Assembly: GCF_018977255.1 (NCBI RefSeq)
Contig: NW_024704743.1
Location: forward strand, 15,936,001-16,000,000
DNA from: Callorhinchus milii
Taxonomy: Eukaryota
DNA: 64,000 nt
Direction: 5' to 3'
Part shown: positions 22,741 through 36,102 of the stretch, one piece after another
Layout of the letters: every line of letters begins with the position of its first letter
Numbering within the stretch: position 1 is the stretch's first letter
The notes under the pieces: generated by a model
Told to the model about the DNA's origin: nothing
Database searches by the model: none
Seen by the model: the letters and a program-made list of their open reading frames with translations, nothing else
Made by a program: the position numbers and the translations under genes

Positions 22741-24140
22741 ACAACAACAACAGCAACTTGCATTTATAAAGCAGGGTAGCATCCTGGAGCGCTTGACAGT
22801 GGTGGAGTCTGATTCCAGGGGGAGAGGGAGGTGACTGAAGGTGCGATCAAAGGAAGGTCTTTAAATGCTGTACTCTGTCCGGCGCCTTGGGACGTCCTCC
22901 CGAAGTGAAAGGCTCTATACAAATGTAATCTTGTTGTTGTTTAAGGAAAAAGGAAGGATTTGAAAGTGGGGAGGGAGGGAGCAAGGCGGAAGGACTGAGG
23001 GAGAGAGTTCCAGAGTTTCAGTGCTCCACTGGCTCCCCATCACACAGAGGATACAGTTCAAAATCTTGGTCTTCGCCTTCAAAGCCCTCCATGGCCTGGC
23101 TCTCCCCTACATCTGCGACTTCCTAACCCTCTACCAACCTGCCCACTCCCTCCGCTCGGCGGGCTCCAGCCTGCTTCACGTTCCCTGCCTTGCCCACCCC
23201 ACCATTGGCGGGCAATCCTTCAGCTACTCTGACGCCATCCTCTGGAATTCCAAACCGCAGTCCCTCCACCTCGCCCCTTCCCTTTCAAAACCCATCTCAA
23301 GACCCTCCTCTTCGACCGTGCCTTCGATCAGCCTTCTCCGCCCCTTCCCTCCACCCTCCCCAACCCCCAGCTCGGGTCCGAAACACTGACCGGAGCCAGC
23401 CGAGTGGAGGCAGTGGGTGGTGGAGTGGGGTGTAAACATATCGGATAGGTAGGGAGGTGCGAGGGCATGAAAGGATTTGAAAACAAGTGAGAGGATCTTC
23501 ACGTCGATCTGTTCAGTAATTGGGAGCTAGTGAAGTCTGACAAGGACTGATATGATCAGGGTACGGATCTCGCGGGTTTTTAATTAGTTGAATTTTGCGT
23601 ATGGTGGAAGTGGGAAGACTAGCGAGGGGGGCTTTGGAATAGTCCAGCTGGGAAGTGACAAAGGTGTGGACGAGGGTTTTGGCTGCTTTAGTTGTGAGAT
23701 ATGGAAGGAGGTGGGCAATGTGACGGAGGTGGAAAAAAGCAGTCCTGGTCAGGGAACGGATGTGAGGTAGAAAGGAAAGCTGGGGATCGAACCTGATGCC
23801 TAAGTTGCTCACGGATTTGGTGAGTCTGAGGGACAGCCCAGGGAAGTTGAGGAGTTCAGACCCGTAGGAGAGAAGACGTTAACGGGAGCCAAAGAGGATG
23901 ATGATGTTCAGCTGCAGGAAATTTGCGCTCATCCAGGCCTTGATGTCCATCATACAAGCTGACAGGACATCAGCGGACTGAGAGTCACAGCAGGAGGAGA
24001 AATAGATTTGTGTGTCATCCGCATACATGTGGAAGTTGAGCCCATCTCTGTGGATGGCATTGCCGAGAGGGAGCATGTAGATAAGGAAAAGAAGGGGGCC
24101 AAGGAGTACCCTGCATGTGACCAGGCGGGGGCAGGACAAA
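22741..24140 (-). mobile_element. Degenerate L2 carrying two oppositely oriented L2 3' fragments (~22875-22940 and ~23021-23385, + strand)
   Basis: Minus ORFs 23879..24139 (YADD) and 23513..23812; plus ORF 23021..23389 (LHWLPITQRIQFKIL). Confidence 0.85.
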
Positions 24141-25994
24141 CAAACATTTGACGAGATGTATTGTTGGCGGTTTGTTAAGTAGGACTCAACTCAAAATCAT
24201 TGATTTGCTGCTGAGGAGTTGTGTCCTGGGTGCTTTGTGTTGAAAAAGAATATTCACTCTGGGCTTTGCTGGAAGAAGTCATACAGTTGTTTTCTCAAAG
24301 CTCCAGCAGATCTTCTAAATGGCTACCCTCACAAGTTGGTGTTTGAACACTCAGCATGTTCCACTCCTTTTAAATGCCTAGCAATTGTGATATTGTATAT
24401 GTCTTGCACACTAAAACTTTCTCAGTGAAAGTTATCTGGAGTAGAAATGGGTTGGAGCATTACCATTGCTTTTCCGGGGATAATAATTCCTTCCAAAAAA
24501 AATAACAATTTGGTCACTCAATCCACGACTGTTTGTGGTGCAATTGGTTGCTGCGTTTCACCCTCAAATTATAGTGTATTCTATGAAGCGCTTTGAGATG
24601 TTACGAAGACGTGATAAGGCGCTATATGAAATCCAAGGATTATTATTATCAATAGAAGCTGATTCCAACGTGTTACTCCCTACATTAATAATAATAATCC
24701 TTGCATTTGATGCAGCGCATTATCATGTCATTGAGACGTCTCAAAGCACTTCACAGAATATAAAGTGAATTGACTGTATATTTTGTGGCCTTTACATTGT
24801 AAAGGCTTCTCAAGGCCAAGACTCAGTGGGAGTAAAGAGTCTCTCCTGTGATATGTTGAGAGAAATCACTGATAAGAGAAGCTGCTTCTAGCTACATAGA
24901 CACTCCAAGACACAGATACATGTGGCTGAAAGTAACAATAGCTGAAATTAAAGAATCTTTTACTTAAAATAACAGCTTCCCCATCCTACCTGCTACATAA
25001 CCTGCCTTGATGGTTCCTTGAACACTAGCCTGCAGTTTGTTAAATCCAAGACCAACTGAATGTATATTAGCACTGGTGTTAAAAGCAGGGCTGTGAGGTG
25101 GAGGGACAACCGGGTGTCTGATACATGGGGAAACCCATCGCTATGCATAAGAGTATCCAAATCAAACTGAGAATTACATGCATTCCACCTACACATGGAA
25201 ATCTTAGAGATAGACTGTTGGAATGGAATGCGTAATCTTTCTCTGGAGGGATGCACCTGCTTATTTAATTCCAGAAAGTATTCTGCACAGGTTGGCAAGA
25301 GCCAAGGCTCGGGGACCTCAGAGTTTGCGTTGGGACACTGCAGGAGTACCAGCTAAAATCGCATGGCTTAATAATAATAATCCTTGCTCTTGATATAGTG
25401 CTTATAATGTCAGAGACATCTCAAAGTGCTTCACAGAGTACATTGCAAAGTAAATTGATTGCATTTTATGGGCAGCCAATTGCACACAGCAGTGTCCCAC
25501 AAATAGTATGAATTGAATGATTGAACAGATTGAATCATCAGTTTTATTGAGGGATCATTACCCCCAGAAAGCAATCGGCAAATCAACCAACAACGGGGTT
25601 CCCCATTGGTGTCATCTGCAGATGTAATGACCCTGGATCTGCAAATCCAACTTGTTAATGCACACAAGGAATGGGAGGATCCAAGTTTGTTACTAAGCCT
25701 TTCATGTGCTGCTTTGTCAAGCATCTTTTGGTAATAATAATAATAATCCTTGCATTTGATATAGTCAGACAAGACTGCATTTTGTCAGACAAGATCTATT
25801 CCTTCTCAATCCAAGCGGGCTATCGTTTATTATCATCCACAGAAAAGAAGAGCATTTATCAATTGTATCTCAACAACAACAAATTACATTACACAAAGGA
25901 CTCTACATGTGGAGTAAACACACAGAAATAGCTGTGCAACATTGCCTCCTGCATTTTCCTGCTAGCCTTTTGAATACCAAATAAACCACAGGTT

Positions 25995-26255
25995 AATAAT
26001 AATAATCCTTGCATTTGATATAGCGCCTTCTCATATCTTCGAGATGTCTCAAAACGCTTCATGGAACATACTGTAAAAGTGAATTGATTGTATGTTTTTG
26101 GGGCAAAACATGGCAGCCAATCGCACACAGCAGTGTCCCACAAAACGGTTGTGGATTGAGTGACCAAATAATTTTTTTTCTTTTTGGAAGGGATTCTTAT
26201 CCCCAGAAAAGCGATCAGCCAATTGACTAACAACTGGGTTCCTACTTACTGCTAG
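25995..26255 (-). mobile_element. tRNA-SINE 3' part (other partial copies at ~24465-24790 and ~25370-25600)
   Basis: Reverse complement of the SINE body and tail. Confidence 0.85.
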
Positions 26256-26514
26256 GTTGTCGCCAGCCAACCTGTTTGCATATTGGGATGACTGCTGGTT
26301 TGTCTAAAAATTTGGGAAGTATTTTTCCATGATTTTATTTTTGTGTTGCAGAATAAATTTCATAATCAATTTCATAATTCTAGAATTTTTGTGAAGTAGT
26401 ATGTAGTTCCTAACACTTCCTAATTCAGTTTTTAGTTTTCCTAAACTAGATATTTCGTTCAGTCACCATAGAAGACTTATCAGAGCTCAACCTTTCTTTA
26501 CCAGTGAACCATCT

Positions 26515-26530
26515 GTGCCATCTAGTGGTT
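26515..26530 (-). promoter_or_regulatory. Candidate CTCF core motif
   Basis: Minus strand AACCACTAGATGGCAC fits CCAsyAGrkGGCrs; motif match only. Confidence 0.4.
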
Positions 26531-26619
26531 CACATTGGGACAATTTTCTGCTTTCAACTTTGTATTTTTAAGATTACAGTATTAGTATCATAATCCAATT
26601 GATTTCAACTTTGATTTAC

Positions 26620-27005
26620 TGATAGAATCACAGAACCTTACAGCACAGAAGGAAGCCATTCGGCCCATCATGCCTGTGCCAGCTCTTTGAAAAAGCTATC
26701 AAATTAGTCCAGTTCCCCTGCTCTTTCCCCATAGCCTTCCATTTTTTTCCTTATCAAGTATATATCCAATTCCCCCTTGAAAGTTATTGCATCTGCTTCC
26801 AACACCCTTTCAGGCAGTGTGTTTCAGATCGTAACAACTTGCTGCATAAAAACATTTCTCCTCAGCTCTGCTCCGGTTCTTTTGCCAATTATCTTAAATC
26901 TGGTTACCAACGCACCCACCAGTGGAAACTGTTTGTCCTTGCTTACTCTATCAAACCCCTCATAATTTTTAGCACCTCTATTTAATCTTAAACTTCTCTG
27001 CTCTA
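26620..27005 (-). mobile_element. CR1 3' end
   Basis: atagaatcacagaac tail; ORF 26824..27033 FDRVSKDKQFPL...RRNVFMQQVV. Confidence 0.85.
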
Positions 27006-28044
27006 ATATTTTATTGATATTTTCACTGACCACCGTAACGCAAGAAATTGTTTAGCTTGTGTCATAAAGAGTGGTGCACAGCTGGGTTATAATAAATAGT
27101 TATAAGAAATAGTTTACTTTCAAAGATACAGTTATTGTCAGTCACTGAACAAAGATTTCTTGCTTATTCCATCATTCAGAGATATCAGATGGACAACTCA
27201 ATATCGGAAGAGCCTGCGAAATGCCCCCTTTCTATTTCATATCAGAACATTCCTGAGTTTACTTTTTACAATTCCTGTCCTGTACCATTTCCTGAATATT
27301 TAGCTCCTCGTCACATTGTTGAGACGTTTCAAAGCACTTCACAGGATTTTTATTATATTTTACTGTGTAGAAAAGGCAGCACCCATTTGCACAGCAATGT
27401 CCCACAAATAGCCATGGAGTGAAAGACCAATTTTATTTGAGGATTGTTGGCAAGGACACTGGAAGAAACTCCCTTTGCTTTTCAAATGGTACTGTGGAAT
27501 CTTGAACTGGCAGATGGGACGATGTATGTATATTTTTAATATGCTCCTAAAATTTCATCCTGGTGAGTTGTGCACCTTTTATCTTTCACTGCTAGTCTCT
27601 TCTACATATAACTTGAAGTTTCAAACATACCAGGGTGTTCCTCCTGACTCTGATTTCCTGAAATGAATCCCTAGGAACAATAAGATCGTCTTGTTAAAAC
27701 TGAGCCGACCACCCCCGCAATTGTGGTCAGCAGAAGATGAAAACTATCCAAGTCTGCAAGTCTGGCTAAGATTTAAAGAACTTGCACTTTTGGTGTCTTT
27801 TAGAAATAAAACAATGACAGGCAATTACTGTCATGTGTAGGACTGTTTTTGTACGTACAATTGACAGACATCTGTATCTGATCCCACGAATGGCCATGAG
27901 ATGAATGGCCAGATTGTTGGCTAAAATGGTTTTAAATGGTGGATTTCTATTTTTTTTCACTTCTTAAAGCAAGATCATAAATCCAAATGCATTTTGGGAT
28001 CATGGGTCCAAATGCATTTTGGCCCAACGGAAATGTATCAGCCC

Positions 28045-28445
28045 AGCTTAGTTGTTTGCACTCTTGCCTCTGAGTCAGAAGGTTGTGGGTTCAAGCCCTA
28101 AGTTCAGATCTTTGAACTTACAGTGCAGGCTGACATTCCAGTGCAGTGTTGGGTGTTGCATAGTATTGGTGGAGATGCCATCCTTCAGATGAGATGTTAA
28201 ATTGTCCCATCTGCCTGTTCAGGTGCATGTTAAAGATTCTGTGGTACCATTTGAAAAGCAAAGGGAATTTATCCAAGTATTCTTGCCAACAATCCCCAAA
28301 AGGTTGATCATTCATCTCATGGCTATGTTGTGCAAATTGGCGCTGTGCTTGCCGACAATCACTCCACAGTAAAAATCCTGTGAAACACTTTGAGACGTGT
28401 CAACAATGTGATAAGGTTCTATATCAAATACAAGGATTATTATAT
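28045..28445 (+). mobile_element. Older SacSINE1-like DeuSINE (related copies ~15590-15915 -, 27300-27520 -, 30550-30810 -, 41590-41830 +, 49170-49585 +, 56320-56880 -, 63220-63480 -)
   Basis: gcactcttgcctctgagtcagaaggttgtgggttcaagccc...ggctgacattccagtgcagtg...agatgagatgttaaa...gtgcaaattggc. Matches my recollection of the shark SacSINE1 organisation. Confidence 0.75.
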
Positions 28446-28699
28446 TATGACCACGAGTGCTTCAACTCTACGTTGGCTCATTGTCATATCTCAACAATGT
28501 TTTACAAAGGCAACTTATTCTAAGTACAATAAGGTAACCCTGATGACTCATATATTAAAAGACACGTTAAAAATACCCAAAGAAAGAAACTGACTTGGTT
28601 GACTAGCCTCAGGACAAATGAGGATGGGGGAGGAATGAGGAGCTACCAACAGGAGCTGACTCACAATGGATGTCTGTCTGGTTCATATTCAATGCTTAG

Positions 28700-29440
28700 T
28701 TTAAGCCAGTCCGGAAACTTGGCATCTTGTTTGACAACTATCCTTTCTACATCTGTGCCATGAACTGCTCTGCCTTCCCCCACCTCCACAACATCGCCCG
28801 GTTCCGCCACTGTCTCACACCGCAGGCCGCTGAAACCCTCGTACATGCTTTCATTACATCCAGGCTTGACTATGCAAACTCCTTGCTTGTCGTCCTCCCC
28901 AAATCCTCCCTCCATAGGCTGTGGATTATCCAGAACTTTGCAGCCTGTGTCCACTCCCTCACCAGGCTCCGTGACTCTATCACCCCCATCTTCGCCCAAC
29001 TCCACTGGCTTCCCATCACACAGAGGATACAGTTCAAGATCCTGGTCCTCACCTTCAAATCCCTCCATGGCCTTGCTCCCCCCTACCTCTGTGACCTCCT
29101 AGCCGTCTAACATCCTGCTCTCCCTCCAGCCTGCTTCACATCCCCCAGCTCGCTCGGCTCACTATGAGTGACCGGGTCTTCAGCCACACTGCCCCCACCC
29201 TCTGGAACTCCATCCCGCAGACACCTTTTCCCCTCCCTTGCTTCCTTTGGGACCAATTTCAAGACCCTCCTCTTCGACCGTGCCTTCGATCACCCTGCTT
29301 CCCCCCCGCCCTTCACCCTCCCCAATCCCGACCCCCAGCTCGGGTCCGAAACTCTGTCTGTCCAGCACCTTAGGACATCCTCCCGACGTGAAAGGCCCTA
29401 TACAAATGTAATTTTGTTGTTGTGTTTGTTGTTGTTGTTA
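28700..29440 (+). mobile_element. L2 3' fragment with tail
   Basis: ORF 28727..29110 (AETLVHAFITSRLDYANSLL...LHWLP); stem-loop and (ttg)n tail. Confidence 0.92.
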
Positions 29441-30102
29441 GTATATTCCATTTGGCTAAACAAGTGGTGGTCAATCAAATACATTTTACTTGACGGAATA
29501 TATCTTGATTTATTGCCATACCATATATAGTGCTACTCAGTAGCTACTGGAAACAAAATAATGATTTAACATAGACTCACCTAGACTAGCGTGAATGTTC
29601 TGCGGGCTACTTTTGAAGCCCCTGTAGGCCACTTTTAGGCTAGACTATTTCCAGAGAGGTTAGGCAAGGCTGCATTCTCCACAGACTTATTTGTTCACTG
29701 TTGCTGCTTTATGTGGGCAAGATGAAAGGCAGAGAGGACTGCACACATATATGTTGTGCAATCTGCATTCCATCTCTAGTGCATAATAAGTAGACTAGAC
29801 AATTTCCTTCAGAAGCTAAAACTTGGACACCGTTTGGAAAATTATCAATTGAGGTTAAATTACTGTCATATTTTCAGACACGATTAAATAGGCTGCCGAC
29901 ACTCAACGTCTGAGATCACACATGAAGTTACAGCCACGTGGGCGAGGTACAGAAACACAGGCAGCTGCCAAGGAATTGAAATGCAGAAAGAGTCAGTACT
30001 TCAGGAATGAATGGGAAAGAGTTGGGAGAGAAAATTACACAAATAAAAGAACAGAACAAGGGCACAGAAAAGGAAAAGGAGGAAATGTTCCTTTCTAGCA
30101 AA

Positions 30103-30463
30103 TAATAATATAATAATAATCCTTGCATTTGATATAGTGCCTTATCACGTCTTTGAGATGTCTCAAAGCGCTTCACAGAATATACCATAAAGTGAATTGA
30201 TTGTATATTTTGTGGGCGAAATGTAGCAGCCAATTGCACACTGTAGTTTCCCACAAACAGTCATGGATTGAGTGAACAATTTTTTTTAAGGTATGATTGC
30301 CCCCGGAAAAGCGATCCGCCAATTGACGGGTTCCTACTTACTGCTAGGTAAACAGAGGCGTGTGGATTAAGGAAACTTGCCCAACGTTTCGCCCTGCCTG
30401 GGAATCAAATCCAGGTCTCTTGCTTGTGAGGTGGGTGCTCTAACCACTGAGCTACAGGATTCC
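30103..30463 (-). mobile_element. tRNA-SINE, full-length
   Basis: aataatccttgcatttgatat ... ctaaccactgagctacaggattcc. Confidence 0.9.
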
Positions 30464-32059
30464 TCAGAGAAAGAAAGATCTACGCAACTCAAATAAGTTT
30501 CACTTTTGTGAACTAACTTTCCAACAGTTATCATAATAAAATAAAAATAAAAATAATAATAATCCCTGCATTTGATATAGCGCCTTTCACGGTGATGTTT
30601 GTTAAGTGTAGTGATTGTGTATTTGTAGGCAAACACAGCAGTCAATTTGCACAGAGCAATGTCCCACAAACAGCCATGACTGTGTTTATCTGGGGGATTG
30701 TTGGCCAGGAGACTGGGAGAAACTCCGTTCTCATCTTGAATAGAGCCATGGCATCTTTAACGACCACCTAAGCTAGCAGATGGGATCTCGGTTCAATGTC
30801 TCAACCGATAGACGTATACAATACTTGAAAGTGCTTTACAAAATATATTTGATTAGAAATTACATGAAGGTTATATCGGCAAACTCTGCAGCTAATCTAC
30901 GCATAAAGGCTCACAAAGAACACAGTCAATTCATTTGAATTTGTGGTATATTTGCAGTATCTCTTAACCTATTCAAACACAACAAGCTTGAAATGTGTCA
31001 CATTCGTCAAAAACCTCACTGACACTTGTTCTGGCTAACCTTACGGTACACCATAAGATTCAGGGTCTGCTGAGTCTGTCTGCAACCAATCATTGACTGT
31101 ACATACCTAGAACTCTGAGAGAATGTTGAACTCTGTTTTGCATTCAGATCTGTTTGTAGAATTGCCAGTAAGTTCTATGGCAGGATAACTAGTTTTCATT
31201 CACTTCCCTACATTTGTTGTGGGACTTTCCTGTTTTTTACCCTCAATTGCTGGCTTTGCAGAGTCCTGTAATTCTTGACCTGACTACTACCTGCTGACGT
31301 TTCCACAAAAGACAATTCAGGTTTTAATTGATGAATTCTATTTGACAGGATAGTAGGAAAAACTAAGAATAATAATCCTTACATTTGGTATACTATAAAG
31401 GACGGTTTGCCCCAATGTTGCCCTGCTACTCAATCAAACCAGTTTCTTTCTTGAGCTTTTAATATACAAAGTCATATAGAACTGCTTTGGGACACCTTCC
31501 TGAATGAAAGGCTCTATACCAAATTATATAGTATAAAGGATATACTGTAAAGTGAAATGATATCTTGTGGGTGAATAAGAATAATCTTTGCATTTGGAAT
31601 AAGGTCTTTCACATCGGGAGGACATACAAAAGTGCTTCACAGAATATACTGTGAAGATAAGTGGGATTTGCTGAGGAAATAAGTGGCATTTGGTTTTAAT
31701 TATCTGACAATTCCTTGCAAATCACACAAGATGCCCCAAAGCTCCTCATTTTACACCACCATTGAGATACAAAAACAGAACTTGCTTGATGAAAAAGTGA
31801 GGTAGAAACTTGCCATAATTCAGTCACTTCCTCTCCCCCTTCTTTTGAATGACAAGTTACTTAAACTGTGTCTCAGCATGCTATGAAATCTGTTCAATTA
31901 GTCCCAGTATCAAGTCTGTGTAGAAGTAAGCATTGGATTCAAGAATTATTCCAAACAAAATATGGATTATCTATAAGTCTTCATTCTTTCTGGGGCAATT
32001 CATATTTTAATAAGAATGTAAGGTTTGGTGCTAAACATTAACACCCTGCATCGAATGTA

Positions 32060-33355
32060 CTACAACAACAACAAAATTACATTTCTAAAGCGCCTTTCAC
32101 GTCAGGAGGACATCTCAAGGCACTGAACGGTCGGGGATCAGGACCCGAGCGAGGGGGGCAGGATTGGGATGAGGGAGGGCAGAGAGGTAGGAGGGCGGCT
32201 GAAGGCACGGTCGAAAAGGAGGATCTTGAGTCGTGCCTTGAAGGAGGCAAGAGAGGGAGCAAGGTGAAGGGATTGTGAGATGGAGTTCCAAAAGGTGGGG
32301 ACAGAGAGGCTGAAAGCCCGGCCACCAATGGTAGGGTGGGTTTGGCGGGAGACATAGAGCAGGCCAGAGCCTGCTGAACGCAGGGTGCGGACAGGTTGAT
32401 AGGGAGTTAGCAGGTCAGAGAGGTTGGAGGGAGCAAGGCCATGGAGGGCCTTGATAGTGAGGACGAGGATTGTGAATTCTCTCCTCTGAGGGATGGAGAG
32501 CCAGTGGAGCTGGGCGAGGGTGGGGGTGATGGGGTCACGGAGCCTGTTGCTGGAGAGGACATCAGCTGCAGAGTTCTGGATGATCTGCAGCTTCTGGAAG
32601 GAAGAGTTGGAGAGGCCAATAAGGAAGGAGTATCCATAGTCGAGCCTTGAAGTGACGAATGAGTGTATGAGGGTTTCGGCGGCCTGAAGGGTGAGGCAGT
32701 GGCGAAATCTAGAAATGTTGCAGAGGTGAGAGAAGGCAGACCTGGTCATGGCACGGATATGGGGGAGAAAGGACAGTTGAGGGTCGAACAAGACACCCAG
32801 GTTCCTGACTGGCTTGGTGAGGTGGATGTTGATGCTGCCAGTGCCTGAGGTGCGGAGGCGCTGCCGCGAGCCAATCAGGTGGGCCTTGGTCTTGCTGACA
32901 TGCAGCTGTGGAAAGTTGGCTCTCATCCAGGTCTCGATGTCAGACAGACAGTATGTCAGGACGTCAATTGTCTTGGAATCGAGGGTGGAGGTAGAGTGAC
33001 AGAGTTGGGTGTCATCCGCGTACATGTGGAAGTTGACCCTATGTCTGTAGATGATGTCACCAAGGGGGAGCATGGGAGAGGTTGAAGAGGAGGGGACTGA
33101 GGACAGAGCCCTGAGGAACACCATACGAGACTGGAATCGGGGGCTGGAAGAGAAACCATTGGCGGAGACAGTGTGAGAGATAAGACCTGAACCATTTAAG
33201 GACAGCACCTTGAAGGTTGAGGTGAGAGGCAAGGCGGTGGAGGAGGATGGAGTGGTCCATGGTATCGAAGGCTGCAGACAAGTCGAGGAGGATGAGGAGG
33301 ACGAGGGAGCACCGGTCACAGATGGACAGGATGTCATTTGTGACCACGACCAGAG
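32060..33355 (-). mobile_element. 5'-truncated L2 (~1.3 kb, RT to tail)
   Basis: ORFs 33057..33347 (LDLSAAFD) and 32138..33358 (YADD...LHWL); tail at ~32060. Confidence 0.93.
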
Positions 33356-33401
33356 CACAGTTACTATTCTACATCAAACAATAATAGTACTTCAAACATA
33401 C

Positions 33402-33493
33402 CTGTGAACCGGTGATGTGCATGAGGCCAGACATAGCACACGCGATAGAATCATAACCTGGACGCTGGGACATTGGGCCAGTTTGTCCATAGC
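33402..33493 (-). CDS. SUGCT: SUGCT exon (probable exon 7), 92 nt: (G)[30 protein letters not shown]
   Basis: tttttag|GCTATG...TCACAG|gtatgt. GYGQTGP...GYD...SGLMHITG family III motif. Confidence 0.96.
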
Positions 33494-33614
33494 CTAAAAA
33501 ATTAAAATGGAAATGTTTTACTGTTATATGTAAGTTAAAATAATTCTTCTATGATGTTATTTATGTGGCTAAATAATTAATATGAATCTATTAATTTTAA
33601 CTTTAACTTCCATA

Positions 33615-34270
33615 TGTATGTATGCTGATGACACCCAATGCTATCTCTCTTATCGTCCCTCGATTCCAGGATCATTGGTGTCCTCCTCAATTGCATGTCA
33701 GATATCAAGTCCTGGATAGGAGCTAACTTTCTCCAGTTAAATATCAAGAAGATGGAGGCTCTCCTGCTTAGTTCCCATCAGCATCTCCTCACCTCAGGCA
33801 ATGACAGCATCAACCACCCACATTCCATCTCACGGAGCCAATGCAGAACCTTGGTGTCTTGTTCGACTCTCAACTGACTTTTAAACCCCACATCTATGCT
33901 TGATCCGTTCAGCTTTACCCCACTTCCACAGCATTGCCCCACCCCCACCACTATCTTTACTCTCCGGTGGCCAAGACCCTTATCCATACTTTTATCACGT
34001 CCAGGTTTGACTTTGCTAACCCTTGGCTCACTACTACCTTCCACAAGCTCCAGACCATTCAGAACTTTGCAGCGCGTGTCCTTTCCTGTATTAGCCTATC
34101 ACCCCTATCCTCGCCTGCCTTCACTGCTCCAGATTCCCCCAGAACAGAGTTCAAGATCCTCGTCCTCATTTTTAAATCCCTCCATGAACTTATCCCACCC
34201 TTCCTCTGTGACCTTCTATAACACTTACCAACCCACCCACTTTGCTCAGCTGGCACTGGCCTGCTTCACA
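33615..34270 (+). mobile_element. Degenerate L2 fragment
   Basis: atgtatgctgatgacaccc (MYADDT) at ~33620; ORFs 33638..33877 and 33934..34221. Confidence 0.85.
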
Positions 34271-34409
34271 TTATTATTATTACTGCTAAGACCACCACAG
34301 AGGGCCAGCTCAATTACTATATTCCATTATCAGCTCAGCCCCAAGGAGACCCTTGCCCTCCCCATGATTATCATCCACCAAAAATAAATATTTAAAGTAT
34401 AATGAATAT

Positions 34410-34650
34410 AGTAATAATAATAATAATCCTTGCATTTGATATAGCACCTTATCACATCACCGAGATGTCTCAAAGTGCTTCACAGAATATACTGTAAAAT
34501 GTATTGACTGTATATTTTGTGGGCGAAACATGGCAGCCAATTGCTCACAGTTAGTGTCCCACAAACAGTTGTGGATTGAGTGACCAAATTATAATTTTTT
34601 CTGAAAGGAATTAGTAACCCCGGAAAGCAATTCTCCAATCGACTAACAAC
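34410..34650 (-). mobile_element. tRNA-SINE 3' part
   Basis: Reverse complement of the SINE core and tail. Confidence 0.85.
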
Positions 34651-36102
34651 CCCCAAAACATTTTGAATTTTTTTATCATTTCTCATTTCCTAAGATTTCA
34701 TCTCACCTCCCAACTCGCCCAGAACGTTACTGACATCTCGATATTTTACACAGCAAAATACATAGCAAAGAGCAAGGAAACAAGTTATTGATATGAAATC
34801 AGAATACATTGTACTGCACTGAATATATTCCAATTAAAAAAAATCAAGATTACAATGTCACTAAAAATAGATACTGATATTAGTTATTTTATATTTAACA
34901 GCTGGAACCTTGTTTTGACCCAGACATTGCAATGTAAGTTGACACATTATCTCTGTACTGCATGCAGACAAAAGATACAAACAAAAATATTTCTCCATGA
35001 GTTCAGATTAGATCCCAACCTCTTTAAGCGACTAGCATTTATCTGAAACACTACAGATCAGACACAAATCTTACTTGGACTTCTCCCAATATATATTTCA
35101 GGGATATGCCTACTAAAGCATTCTGAATTGGAAACATGTTTTGAACACTCACAGTCACTGAAGCAGAAAAAGTCAAAACAATCAGCTGAAAATTGTGCAT
35201 AGCAACAAGAAAACAAAGCTACTTATTCACATTTGTAAATGCAGTTCGAAGCATTTTTTAACCTCTATTATAAAACTTTCAGTTAAAATATCAGTGAATA
35301 ATACATACTTCTTAAATAGATCCCGTTGTCTTTTTTTNAACATCCTTTCATTCCATATATGGCTTCTCAACCAAGAGGATTGCCGTGTGGCCGGGCTTCC
35401 AAGCCTTTGATGAAGTTGTGTGGAAGTAAGTCGAGATGACTCACTCACTAATGTTCCCTCAACCCCCTGTGAGAGGTGGTCCACCTCTGTGACCACACTT
35501 CCCCACAAGAATCTGGGTGAGATCACACAGGAAAACTAGAGAACAAGCCCACATCCTACCACTGCATGGCACAACCACATCTAATTATAGTTCTACATTT
35601 TTTTTGACAAGATAAAAAGGTCACAGAGTTCTTTTCTATTTTCTCCTGTCATGATAAATCCTAAAGTTATTTATGTGTCCGATATTCACTAGTCTTCCAG
35701 TTTTCCACTGTTGGGACTTACTCATTTATTCACTAATTAGTGTAAGTAGCAGTATACAATATTATATAGACCAGTAAAGACAAATAGGGAAACATTTTGA
35801 TTTATCTTTTGATCTGAGGTTTTTGTACTTCGATTTTCTTCAGTTGGTTCCATAAAAAGATTTTTAGTGTGGAAGGATTGTGCTTTAGTATCTGCTGAGA
35901 TGTAATCTGATCGCCCATTCTGTCCCGCTGAGATGATGTGGAACATAGAGTTCCTCGGTCTCTGTGGGACTCTGCTAGTAAAGTCACAGCCGCAAATGAC
36001 ATTGATATTACTATTGAAACTAGACCTGTTTTTCTGATATGCAACAATTAAGGAATTATCTTCCTTAAGAGCATAAGCTTTCACGTAGCCACAGATATAG
36101 AA

